The notes beneath the pieces were generated by a model. It was given only the letters and a program-made list of their open reading frames with translations. It ran no database searches and had not been told where the DNA came from. Position numbers and translations under genes: made by a program. A DNA stretch of 64,000 nt, taken from Calditrichales bacterium (lineage in GTDB: Bacteria > Calditrichota > Calditrichia > Calditrichales > J004). Positions within the stretch are counted from its first letter, which is position 1. The number at the start of each line of letters is the position of its first letter. This document shows positions 29,994-38,959 of this stretch, one piece after another. Where the stretch lies: assembly GCA_965267575.1 (NCBI GenBank), contig OZ254086.1, positions 4,256,001-4,320,000 on the forward strand, in the 5' to 3' direction.

Positions 29994-31292
29994 TTAAAGC
30001 TCCAGGCGTTTGGATTGAAGGGACTGAAATTTTGTGTCCATCCTATACTGTTTTCTCAATGCGCGAAACTTGCTTATGTCAGGATAACCCTTTTCAAATA
30101 TGACCTTGCTTACACGGGCATCCTTTGTCAAATAAATGCGTCCCCCATAATCAATTACAATATGATCAAGTCTGTCAAGAAGGTTAAAAACGTCACGGTC
30201 AATTTTAAAATCCAGGGCCAGGCTGTATCCCTCCAGGGGAAACGACAGCCAGTTTTTATTCTGCGGTCCATACAGCTTTAAAACAGCCAAAAACGAACCC
30301 TTACCGGAGATTCCTATTTCTGTAAGGATCTTTTTCAAACCTTCATAACTTGCCTCTTTAGGCAGGATAAACTGATACTGTGTAAATCCGCTCTTACCGT
30401 AAATCCTGTTCCATTTACCGATAACATCCAATGGGTAAAAAAAAGGATCTATACCTACTACATGTACGGAATGACTTTTTCTCACCTTATGATAATAGAA
30501 CTGGTTAAAAGCCTTTACGCTATAACGGTTTAGCCAAAAGGAAGGCAGGTCAACAGGCATGCTTTTTTGTTTTGGCGCGCTGTAATCTAATGTTTCACCT
30601 TCTAAAAAATCACCGCTTACTAATAAAGAACGTCCGCTATTTTTCTTTCCGGCGAGGCAATCAATCCAGGCAACAGAATAAGGGCTATCGCTATATTGTT
30701 CGAAGGCCTCAAATGTTTCGTTAAGATTGGCAGTCTTAGTTGTGGTTTGTTTGATTTTAGCGGAGGGTATTTTTTTTAACTTTATTTTAGCGTCCACAAT
30801 AACACCTGTAAGCCCCATGCCACCGCACGTTGCTAAAAACAGATCCCGGTTCTCTTTCCTGCTGCAATGGACAATTTCTCCATCCGGCAGCATCAGGTGC
30901 ATCATATCAACGGATTCGCTAAAACATCCGTCTTTGTGATGGTTTTTTCCGTGCACATCGCTGGCAATGGCGCCCCCAACCGTTATAAGCTTAGTGCCCG
31001 GGGTAATTGCCAAAAACCACCCTTTTGGTACAAATACATCTAAAATATCTCTAAGAAGCACACCACCCTGCACATGCAACAGGCCTGTCTTATCATCAAA
31101 CCCAAGAAAGTAACTGAGCCCCTTAATATCCAATATGGTTTCGGCCAGGGCACTGTCACCGTAGCTTCTGCCGTTGCCAAAAGGAATTATGCCATCCGAA
31201 ACAAGAATAGTCTTGCGTAATTCCTGTTTGTCTCTGATACGCAGCTTACGCCCGTCAATTACAGGGAAATTGCCCCAGCCGGCCAGTTTCAT
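29994..31292 (-). CDS. FAD-binding oxidoreductase, DprE1-like
   Basis: GWG, G.GRSYGD, PGT...TVGGAIA.DVHGKNHH, YSVAWID, YG..GF.QYQ, GGR.YL.KD. Confidence 0.92.
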   Translation of the reverse strand: MKLAGWGNFPVIDGRKLRIRDKQELRKTILVSDGIIPFGNGRSYGDSALAETILDIKGLSYFLGFDDKTGLLHVQGGVLLRDILDVFVPKGWFLAITPGTKLITVGGAIASDVHGKNHHKDGCFSESVDMMHLMLPDGEIVHCSRKENRDLFLATCGGMGLTGVIVDAKIKLKKIPSAKIKQTTTKTANLNETFEAFEQYSDSPYSVAWIDCLAGKKNSGRSLLVSGDFLEGETLDYSAPKQKSMPVDLPSFWLNRYSVKAFNQFYYHKVRKSHSVHVVGIDPFFYPLDVIGKWNRIYGKSGFTQYQFILPKEASYEGLKKILTEIGISGKGSFLAVLKLYGPQNKNWLSFPLEGYSLALDFKIDRDVFNLLDRLDHIVIDYGGRIYLTKDARVSKVIFEKGYPDISKFRALRKQYRMDTKFQSLQSKRLEL

Positions 31293-31690
31293 ACCTTTTT
31301 GTGCTCCCTGAACACAAGACTCTTATCAAGAAAATATTTTAACGTATAGCCAATGGCCAGGCCTGCTGTACCGCCTATATATTTCGCGCTTTCAGTGCCA
31401 ATAACAAAGTGAAAACCAATTTCTACACCCCAAAAGACCGCAGTTGTTATTACCCCTGTTAAAGAATATAAGATAAAATTTTCGCCGGTGGCCCGGAGAC
31501 CCCTCGTCTTATGGTAGAATATATATCTTTTATCGAGCATATATTTTGCTATCAACCCGGTAAGCGTACCCGCAGCCATTGCTACGTAAAGACCAAAATC
31601 ACCCCTATATAAATTATAAGTTATATATTGGGTCAGGATGTTTACGGCGGTAGAAATGATAGCAAAGAGAATATATTTTGCGGCGGTCAC
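31289..31690 (-). CDS. GtrA family small flippase
   Basis: 133 aa, 4 TM segments, duplicated KY.LDK..F motif. Confidence 0.85.
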   Translation of the reverse strand: MTAAKYILFAIISTAVNILTQYITYNLYRGDFGLYVAMAAGTLTGLIAKYMLDKRYIFYHKTRGLRATGENFILYSLTGVITTAVFWGVEIGFHFVIGTESAKYIGGTAGLAIGYTLKYFLDKSLVFREHKKV

Positions 31691-31706
31691 AGTGTGTCGT
31701 TAGTAT

Positions 31707-32567
31707 TTAATAAAAAACTAAAAGCAGAAACGAGGCAATCCAAAGTAAAATTGTGACTTTAAGAAACATATCCGTAAGCACAATTCCTACAGGAGAACCA
31801 CTTTTTTCCTCTACAAAAGTTATTTGCAAATAACGCATAATGCCCATGATAACAAACAGTGTTGTCAGGAAAAGATAGGGCGTATTCATCCTGGAAATTA
31901 CTTCGTCTGAAATAGTATAAAGTATATAGCTTACTATTACTACGCCGCCCATCATTGTCATGGCTACATTGATAAATTCCAGGTTATAGCCGTCAATACT
32001 CTTGCGGATATTATCAATATCACCGCCAAGAACCAGGTCATCTCGCCTTTTGGCCAGTGCGATAAACAGCGCCAAAAGAAAGGTAATTGTAATAATCCAT
32101 ACGGATAACTCTACGTCTGTCGCGGCACTTCCGGCGTATAACCTGAGCACGAATCCAACTGCTATTATTAGTATGTCTATAAGGGCAAAATGCTTTAATT
32201 TGATCGAATAAAAGACATTTAAAAAAAAGTATATCGCTAATACAAAAAACAACGCTTTATCAACAAAGTAAGAAGCTGTTAAAGAAAAAACTGCCAGAGC
32301 AATAAAAGCTATTAAGGCTTTTGATTTTGAAATATTACCGGCAGCAATAGGCCTGTTCTTTTTTACCGGATGCTTTTTATCCTCCTCAACATCCATAACA
32401 TCATTTAATACGTATACGCTGCTCGCCAAAAGCGAAAAGAGGATAAAAGCTTCAACCGCATTTAAAAAGCTTGCCCATTGAAAGTTAAATGAGAATAGCA
32501 AGGGCGCAAAAATAAACAGGTTTTTTATATAATGATGCGGCCTGAGCAGATAAATAATTTGTTTCAT
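31707..32567 (-). CDS. UbiA family polyprenyl-phosphate phosphoribosyltransferase (DPPR synthase-like)
   Basis: LRP....KN..IFAP, ND..D...D..HP.K..RPIAAG, KRR, Y....I. Confidence 0.92.
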   Translation of the reverse strand: MKQIIYLLRPHHYIKNLFIFAPLLFSFNFQWASFLNAVEAFILFSLLASSVYVLNDVMDVEEDKKHPVKKNRPIAAGNISKSKALIAFIALAVFSLTASYFVDKALFFVLAIYFFLNVFYSIKLKHFALIDILIIAVGFVLRLYAGSAATDVELSVWIITITFLLALFIALAKRRDDLVLGGDIDNIRKSIDGYNLEFINVAMTMMGGVVIVSYILYTISDEVISRMNTPYLFLTTLFVIMGIMRYLQITFVEEKSGSPVGIVLTDMFLKVTILLWIASFLLLVFY

Positions 32568-32600
32568 GATCTCAGGAAATATTCCGGAAAGCGTGGCATT

Positions 32601-33932
32601 TTAGGGCCAGTTTACTTTTTCTGTTAAGTAGTCAGAAAAATCAACGGTGCTGCCAAGCTGCGGATCATCATTTGAGTCATAAATACGTGCTGCAATATCA
32701 GACTCCTGAAAAGCATCCCAGAAGTTCATCGTAAAGTCATACACAGCTTCCGTAAACGGCGCAATAACGACATAAGACTCACTAAATAAAAAATTATTGT
32801 AATGCGCCTTTACATAACCCCTCTCCCGTATTCGGATGTGTACATTATTATTCTTAAAGTCGTTATTTAAGACATTAACTCTTGACTCCAGACTAGTGAA
32901 GCCGGGGTTAACGCTAATGGCATTTTCAAAGTTTTCAAATACGTTTTCCCGTATTTCAGAATTATCATCGTTTATAGCAACGTACCCATTTTCGCCAGCT
33001 CCTTTTACTACATTTCTCGTAAAATTAATATTAGCGGTCCGCGAGTAAATGGCTGTCTCGCATCCGGCAAAAATGCAATTATTAATAAAAAGGCTGTCTG
33101 TATTTAGAACGTCTATGCCTGTAGTATTATCAGCAAAATAAGATTGTTCTAGGCTAACCTGGCTGCTACCGTTAATATAAATAGGGTTTTTAGTATTAAT
33201 AAAATACAAATGTTTAAGTTCTATCTTATGCGCTGATTCGATCTCCATATTAAGACTGCTTTGCGTAGTTTCGTTATCATTAAAATAAAAGACTTCAGAA
33301 CCGTTTTGCGTGAACAGGCGCCCTCTTACTATAAGTCTTCCATTGTTTTTAAATAGCAAAGTAACAGGTGTATTTAGAGTCAGCCCGTTATCAGGAAATA
33401 TGGTAACGGTATTATCAATTTCAACGAAAGAGCCGGCAGGTATGTCGTAATCTTGCACCAAACTACCTTTTAACAAAATAACTTCTTTTAACTCCACATC
33501 TGTCGTTTTTTGTGATGTTTCATATATATACTTCCAGCCAAATCCGTTCATTTCTGCAACAATGTTATAAGTGCCGTCTTCCGCCTCGATTTCCCAATTG
33601 CCGTCACCGTCAGTAACTGTTGTATAAAGTGGCTCATGCGCCCGGTGGTCAAATGCAGTTTTTTGAGAAATCTGAAAACCAATCGCAGGGTATTGCTGAT
33701 TAATTCTTTCTAACGCTGTATCCAGCTTAACCGGAGCATAAAGACTTACTTTTACACCACTATAGTCAGTTTGTCCTTCCAGCGTAACCGTGCCGGAAAA
33801 AGTGACTTTTTCGTTTCCGGTTCCCGTTTCACTGCACCGTAAGGTAAAAAGGCCTATAATAAGCAAGGCAACCAAAACACTTCCAAATTTAGTATGCCTG
33901 GCTGCCGCGCTAAAGGCTACACGATAGTTCAT
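32601..33932 (-). CDS. Putative lipoprotein with right-handed beta-helix domain
   Basis: Likely start MNYRVAF at 33932 rather than 34019; hydrophobic stretch ending in Cys (FTLRC); Asn/Phe-rich beta-helix-like repeats; C-terminal N.W......I..RIYD.ND. Confidence 0.65.
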   Translation of the reverse strand: MNYRVAFSAAARHTKFGSVLVALLIIGLFTLRCSETGTGNEKVTFSGTVTLEGQTDYSGVKVSLYAPVKLDTALERINQQYPAIGFQISQKTAFDHRAHEPLYTTVTDGDGNWEIEAEDGTYNIVAEMNGFGWKYIYETSQKTTDVELKEVILLKGSLVQDYDIPAGSFVEIDNTVTIFPDNGLTLNTPVTLLFKNNGRLIVRGRLFTQNGSEVFYFNDNETTQSSLNMEIESAHKIELKHLYFINTKNPIYINGSSQVSLEQSYFADNTTGIDVLNTDSLFINNCIFAGCETAIYSRTANINFTRNVVKGAGENGYVAINDDNSEIRENVFENFENAISVNPGFTSLESRVNVLNNDFKNNNVHIRIRERGYVKAHYNNFLFSESYVVIAPFTEAVYDFTMNFWDAFQESDIAARIYDSNDDPQLGSTVDFSDYLTEKVNWP

Positions 33933-34117
33933 GTCAGTACGCCTATTTTTTAATACTAGGTTGTGAAAAATGTAAGAGCCAATTACTTCTAAGCAAAATA
34001 TGAAAAAGGAGATCGGCAATTCCTAATTCTCAAATTCCCAATTCTCCATTCATCTTGGAGGGGGCTTCGCCACGTCAGGTCGCAAAAGAGAGCAGATAAT
34101 CGTTCGAAACGGAGCAA

Positions 34118-34146
34118 AGTTTATCACTGTAAGTGCTTATTTTCAA
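34118..34146 (-). promoter_or_regulatory. Putative sigma70 promoter of the polysaccharide operon
   Basis: Minus strand reads TTGAAA-17 nt-TAAACT with an extended TG, upstream of the first operon gene. Confidence 0.55.
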
Positions 34147-34159
34147 ATGAATTTAAAGA

Positions 34160-34863
34160 AAATTACGAATGTCGAATTACGAATTATAAATGGGCGTAAG
34201 CAGAAGTGATGAAGTGATGAGGTGATGAAGTAACAAAGTGACGGGGTGACGGGGACGGGGTGACCGGGAAGACAGGTTACGGGGTAACGGGGTGACACCC
34301 CCATCCCGTCATTCTGAACCACACCATACGTCATTCTGAACTCGTTTCAGAATCTCTCCCCCGTCCTATGAAGAAGATCCTGAAATAAATTCAGGATGAC
34401 GACACAGGGAAGTAACCGGGTAACGGAGTGACCGGGTGACCCGGTAAGAAACCATCGTGATTTTTTACTTCGTTACTTCGTCACTTCGTAACTTCTTCCA
34501 CTTCGTCATTCTGAACGACCCAGCCCGTCATTCTGAACTCGTTTCAGAATCTCTCGACAAAGACTGTCATTTCGAACGAATGTGAAAAATCCCGTCAGCA
34601 GCCGCATCCTGGATTTCTCACCCCTATCGGGGATTCGAAATGACACAAACCGCACTTTCCTTCCCTCAGGCTAAGGGAAGGATGCCCTTCAGGGCAGGAT
34701 AGGTTCGCGTCTCCCCCAGCTCGTCATTCTGAACTCGTTTCAGAATCTATGCCCCGTCCTGTGAAAAATATCCTGAAATAAATTCAGGATGACTACAGCG
34801 CGTGAAACTCTTAACCCGTCACCCGGTTACTCCGTCACCCCGTAACCTCTTCCATCCCGTTAC
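34160..34863. repeat. Mosaic REP-like block 3
   Basis: TTACGAA heptamers, G-rich octamers, A+B doublets at 34329-34401 and 34722-34794, A at 34526, C at 34565-34645, D at ~34657-34705, C-rich octamers to 34863. Confidence 0.92.
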
Positions 34864-35238
34864 CTAATTCCCAATTCTACTCGCCTGCCAGGCCAGCCAG
34901 AGCCAACCAAAAAGAAAGGCCAGTCCGCCTAATGGCGTAATAGCTCCCAGCCAGCGCATGTTTGTAACCGCCAGCAAATAAAGGCTGCCACTGAAGATGA
35001 TGATTCCCGCAACAAAGCCCCAACCGGCCGGCCCCAGGTTAAGCTGCGTAAATTGCTTCTGCAGAATGGCCGTGCCCAGCAATGCCAGCGTATGAAACAT
35101 CTGATAAAGCACCGCCTTCTCCCAAATCGATCGGCTGTAGGCATCAAGCACATCGCGCAGCCCATGGGCGCCAAACGCTCCCAACGCGACAACAACAAAA
35201 CCGCTTACCCCGGCGAGAATAAGAAATAGATTACTCAT
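34864..35238 (-). CDS. DUF423 (YgdD/TMEM256) small membrane protein
   Basis: LGAFGAHGL, YQMFH, GIIIFSGSLY.L, LGAITPLGG. Confidence 0.95.
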   Translation of the reverse strand: MSNLFLILAGVSGFVVVALGAFGAHGLRDVLDAYSRSIWEKAVLYQMFHTLALLGTAILQKQFTQLNLGPAGWGFVAGIIIFSGSLYLLAVTNMRWLGAITPLGGLAFLFGWLWLAWQASRIGN

Positions 35239-35264
35239 AAAACCCCGTTTTTTTTTGCGAATTT

Positions 35265-36240
35265 TGGAATTACGGATTACGAATGAATATGAACGGTTAT
35301 CGTCATTTTAAACTCGTTTCAGAATCTCTCGACAAACACTGGCATTTCGAACGAAACGTGAGAAATCTCGATAGCAGACGCATCCTGGATTTCTCACCCC
35401 TATCAGGGATTCGAAATGATACAAATCGCTCTTTCCTTCCCTTAGGCTAAGGGAAGGATGCCCGCCAGGGCAGGATGGGTTCGCTCCCCCCACTCGTCAT
35501 TCTGAACTGCCGGCATACGTCATTCTGAACTCGTTTCAGAATCTATGCCTCGTCCTATGAAGAAGATCCTGAAATAAATTCAGGATGACGACAAGAGGAA
35601 AGTAACAGGGTGACCGGGTAACAAGAAAGGAAACCCTCGTTGCTCTTTTCAACTTCGTTACTTCGTCACCTTGTCACTTCGTAACCTTCTTCAACAGATG
35701 TATCCCAGATTTCTCACCCCTGTCGGGGATTCGAAATGACACAAATCGCTCTTTCCTTCCCTTAGGCTAAGGGAAGGATGCCCGCCAGGGCAGGATGGGT
35801 TCGCTCCCCCCAGCCCGTCATTCTGAACTCGTTTCAGAATCTATCCCCCGTCCTGTGAAAAAGATCCTGAAATAAATCCAGGATGACGACAAGAGGAAAG
35901 TAACAGGGTGACCGGGTAACCGGGTAACAAGAAGGAAACCCTCGTTGCTCTTTTCAACTTCGTTACTTCGTCACCTTGTCACTTCGTAACCTTCTTCAAC
36001 AGATGTATCCCAGATTTCTCACCCCTGTCGGAGATTCGAAATGACAAAAACCGCTCTTTCCTTCCCTTAGGCTAAGGGAAGGATGCCCTTCAGGGCAGGA
36101 TGGGTTCGCTCCCGTCACATGCCAGAGATCCTGAAATAAATCCAGGATGACGACAGCGCGTGAAACTCTCAACCCGTCACCCGGTTACTCCGTCACCCCG
36201 TAACCTCTTCCATCCCGTAACCTCTTCCCGCTCCGTCACT
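35265..36240. repeat. Mosaic REP-like block 4 with ~300-bp tandem duplication
   Basis: A at 35301, 35518 and 35816; B at 35564, 35862 and 36126; D at ~35433, 35753 and 36058; full and half C modules. Unit 35518-35815 recurs at 35816-36110. Confidence 0.92.
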
Positions 36241-38905
36241 CCCGAACCCAAACCCGCACACTCTCCCCGGGCAGTGTGAAGCTGTGGCTGCGGGCCAGCA
36301 GAGCGGACCATTGGACGCCCTCAATACCCTGCACATCCACGCGGTCATTGTTGGCCACCAGCTTCCAAGTGCCTTCCGGTAAATTGACATCAAAGGCACC
36401 TTCCGTTTTGTCCGTATTTAGCAACACAAAAATATTGTTATTGATGATGTAGCCAAGCAACAACGGGTTTGCAGGCTCGATCCAGGTATAGTAATCATCC
36501 GCGGGTTTTTCGGCTATGCGCAGCACCTTGCCGTATTCAGAGAGGCGCAGTTCAATCAGGCCTTTCCAGAAGGCGTTCATGTTGGCGTAGTTGCAGTTAA
36601 TGCCTTCTCCATCGCCAATGTTGCGGCCCAGGTTTTCCCAGACAAATTCGTTGGCCCGCGCCAGGTTGTAGGTGTCGCGTTTACCATGAATGTAGATTGG
36701 ACCGGTTTTCGTATACTTTATAAGCTGCACCAGCGGCGCCACACCCTTACTACGCATAAACTCGCTGCCGCCATGCAATACAATCGGCCCGGGCGATGTA
36801 AACAGCATCGTCGCCGCAATCTTGTAGGCGGCTTCGTCCACGCCCTGTCTGCCGTCCCAATCCGTCGTTGCAAAGCGGTCGGCCAGCGCCCAGTTATCAT
36901 GGATATCCAGATAGTTGATGCCGGAAACAGGCGTGTCATCATCAGGGAAGCCGGCGCTCAGGGCTAGTTTTACATCGTCCCTGTTGCCGTCGCCGCCGGC
37001 ATAGCCGCGATCCGTCGATTTATTTTGCGGCACCGAGGTTGGACCTTTAAAGGCATTACGGGCATCATCCTGGAAAAATATGATCGGTGAATCGGCCTTG
37101 TACCAGTCCCAATCGGGGTTGTTTTCATAATCGGGGTCGGCGGAAGCAATCCACGGCTCGCCGTAAACAATTTTATCCGGTCCCAGGGCTTCGCGCAGGG
37201 CCAGCAGCGTCTGCTCGTCGGTCTGCCCGGCCAGGTCAATGCGCACGCCATCAATACCGTATTGATGCACCATGTCTGTTACCTGCTCAATGATCCAGCG
37301 CTGCATCATCGGGCGCTCTTCACTTTTCGTTTCGGTACCGTATTCGCCCAGGTAATCCAGCTCGTCATCGGTGCGGTAAAAATAAGGCACATCGATCGCG
37401 GAAAAGTTAAAATACATCATGCGGGCATCCATGCGTTCGGCTGTGTGATTAAACACTACATCAACAATGACGGCGATGCCCTTGTCATGAAACGCCTGAA
37501 CCAGGTCGCGGAAGTCTTCATTTTGCGATCCATGCGGCTGCCCCTTAACACGAAAACGACTCTCCAGCGCAAAAGCATGCGATGTGCGGTAACCCCACTG
37601 GTAATTTTCCATGTTGATGCCCTGTTCAATCATATAGGGATCGTTTTTAAAGGCCGCCTGCCACTCATCATTGGGATAATGCAGGTATTCCTGTACGGGC
37701 ATCAGGTGCACCACGTTGATTCCCAGATCCAGCAGGTGGTCAAAGCCGATGGGTTCGCCGGCGCTGTTTGTTAAACCGGGCTCAATAAAGCCCTTAAACG
37801 TTCCCTTAAGCGAATCGGCGATCGGCAAATTGCGTGTAAAATCCTGCACGTGCACTTCATAGGCGATGATGTCTTCGGGTTTTGGAATGCCGTTTTCAAG
37901 CGGGGTCGCCGGCTTCATCTCCGGCCAGATGCGCGCCGGGCCAAAGCTGTCCAGGCTCACCCGCGCCCAGGGGTCCGTAAAGTGTACGGGATTGGTTTCG
38001 TAGAAGTGATTGCCGGGTTCATCGGGGCCGTGGGCGGTGAAGTCGTAATACCAGCCTTCCCAATTGCCCGGCAGCCTGGCTTCCCAAACGCCGTCCGCGT
38101 CCCTTTTCATATCGATGACTTTGGCGGCACGCTCTCCGGGCTCCTTATACAGGTATAGCTTTATCAAATCTGCGCGCGCGGCAAACAGGCGCACCATGGT
38201 ATGACTGTTTTCGCTATTGAAGTTGGCGCCCAGCTTTTTGCCGCTGTAGGTATGACGAAACCAGCCGTCATAAAAAACAGGCACGGTCTTTTCAAGGTCA
38301 ATCACGGTAAGATAATGCAAACGCCGCGGGTTAACGGGCACAGCCGGGACAATCTGCAGCTCACCGGGTTCGGTGTAAAACAGACGCTCAATGGCGACGC
38401 TGTCGCCGCCGTAGGTTTTGAGAATATAATTTGATGTATCGTAAATATAACGGTCAGGCTTTGCTTCGGGGAATTTAAGACGAATGTCACGCTCACCGGC
38501 AACTTCCGCTATAACGCGCATACGGCGCAAAGTGTGGGCAAACAGCAGATTGCCGCCTTCCACGTTGGGTGCGTCCGCAGGCGGATCCAGCCAGCGGCCG
38601 TCGTTAACACGAAACTTAAACGGGCTCTTCACCGCCACCGTCTCAAAGTCCCTATTGTCGATGGTCAGCATCCATAGCCCGTCCATCTGTTTTTTCAGTT
38701 GCCAGGCTTCATCTTCCATATCCTGCGACCAGCCGCGAAAAGCGCCGGTTACCACCACCCGTTGCGGCGCGATTCCGTAGACCTGTTCATCAAAAACAAA
38801 AGTCACCCGGTCTTCATCCATCACATAGCCTGTTAATGACGCCTCCTGCTGCGCCGCCAGCATAACAAAACCACCCAAGAGTACCCATACCATTCGCCGA
38901 AACAT
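36236..38905 (-). CDS. Secreted GH13 pullulanase-like alpha-glucan hydrolase with N-terminal CBM48-like domains
   Basis: Signal peptide; YEVHVQDF, VHLMPV, YQWGY, DVVFNH, DGVRID (nucleophile), YGEPW (acid/base), IHDN. Confidence 0.9.
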   Translation of the reverse strand: MFRRMVWVLLGGFVMLAAQQEASLTGYVMDEDRVTFVFDEQVYGIAPQRVVVTGAFRGWSQDMEDEAWQLKKQMDGLWMLTIDNRDFETVAVKSPFKFRVNDGRWLDPPADAPNVEGGNLLFAHTLRRMRVIAEVAGERDIRLKFPEAKPDRYIYDTSNYILKTYGGDSVAIERLFYTEPGELQIVPAVPVNPRRLHYLTVIDLEKTVPVFYDGWFRHTYSGKKLGANFNSENSHTMVRLFAARADLIKLYLYKEPGERAAKVIDMKRDADGVWEARLPGNWEGWYYDFTAHGPDEPGNHFYETNPVHFTDPWARVSLDSFGPARIWPEMKPATPLENGIPKPEDIIAYEVHVQDFTRNLPIADSLKGTFKGFIEPGLTNSAGEPIGFDHLLDLGINVVHLMPVQEYLHYPNDEWQAAFKNDPYMIEQGINMENYQWGYRTSHAFALESRFRVKGQPHGSQNEDFRDLVQAFHDKGIAVIVDVVFNHTAERMDARMMYFNFSAIDVPYFYRTDDELDYLGEYGTETKSEERPMMQRWIIEQVTDMVHQYGIDGVRIDLAGQTDEQTLLALREALGPDKIVYGEPWIASADPDYENNPDWDWYKADSPIIFFQDDARNAFKGPTSVPQNKSTDRGYAGGDGNRDDVKLALSAGFPDDDTPVSGINYLDIHDNWALADRFATTDWDGRQGVDEAAYKIAATMLFTSPGPIVLHGGSEFMRSKGVAPLVQLIKYTKTGPIYIHGKRDTYNLARANEFVWENLGRNIGDGEGINCNYANMNAFWKGLIELRLSEYGKVLRIAEKPADDYYTWIEPANPLLLGYIINNNIFVLLNTDKTEGAFDVNLPEGTWKLVANNDRVDVQGIEGVQWSALLARSHSFTLPGESVRVWVRE

Positions 38906-38959
38906 TCTATTTGTCTCCTGTTAAATCAATGAGTTGTTAAAATAAGAAAAATATCAAAG

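Noticed and set aside
33933..34019. N-terminal extension of the beta-helix protein given by the ORF track
   Set aside because: Begins at a TTG at the edge of the heptamer repeats; the ATG at 33932 gives a more plausible signal peptide.
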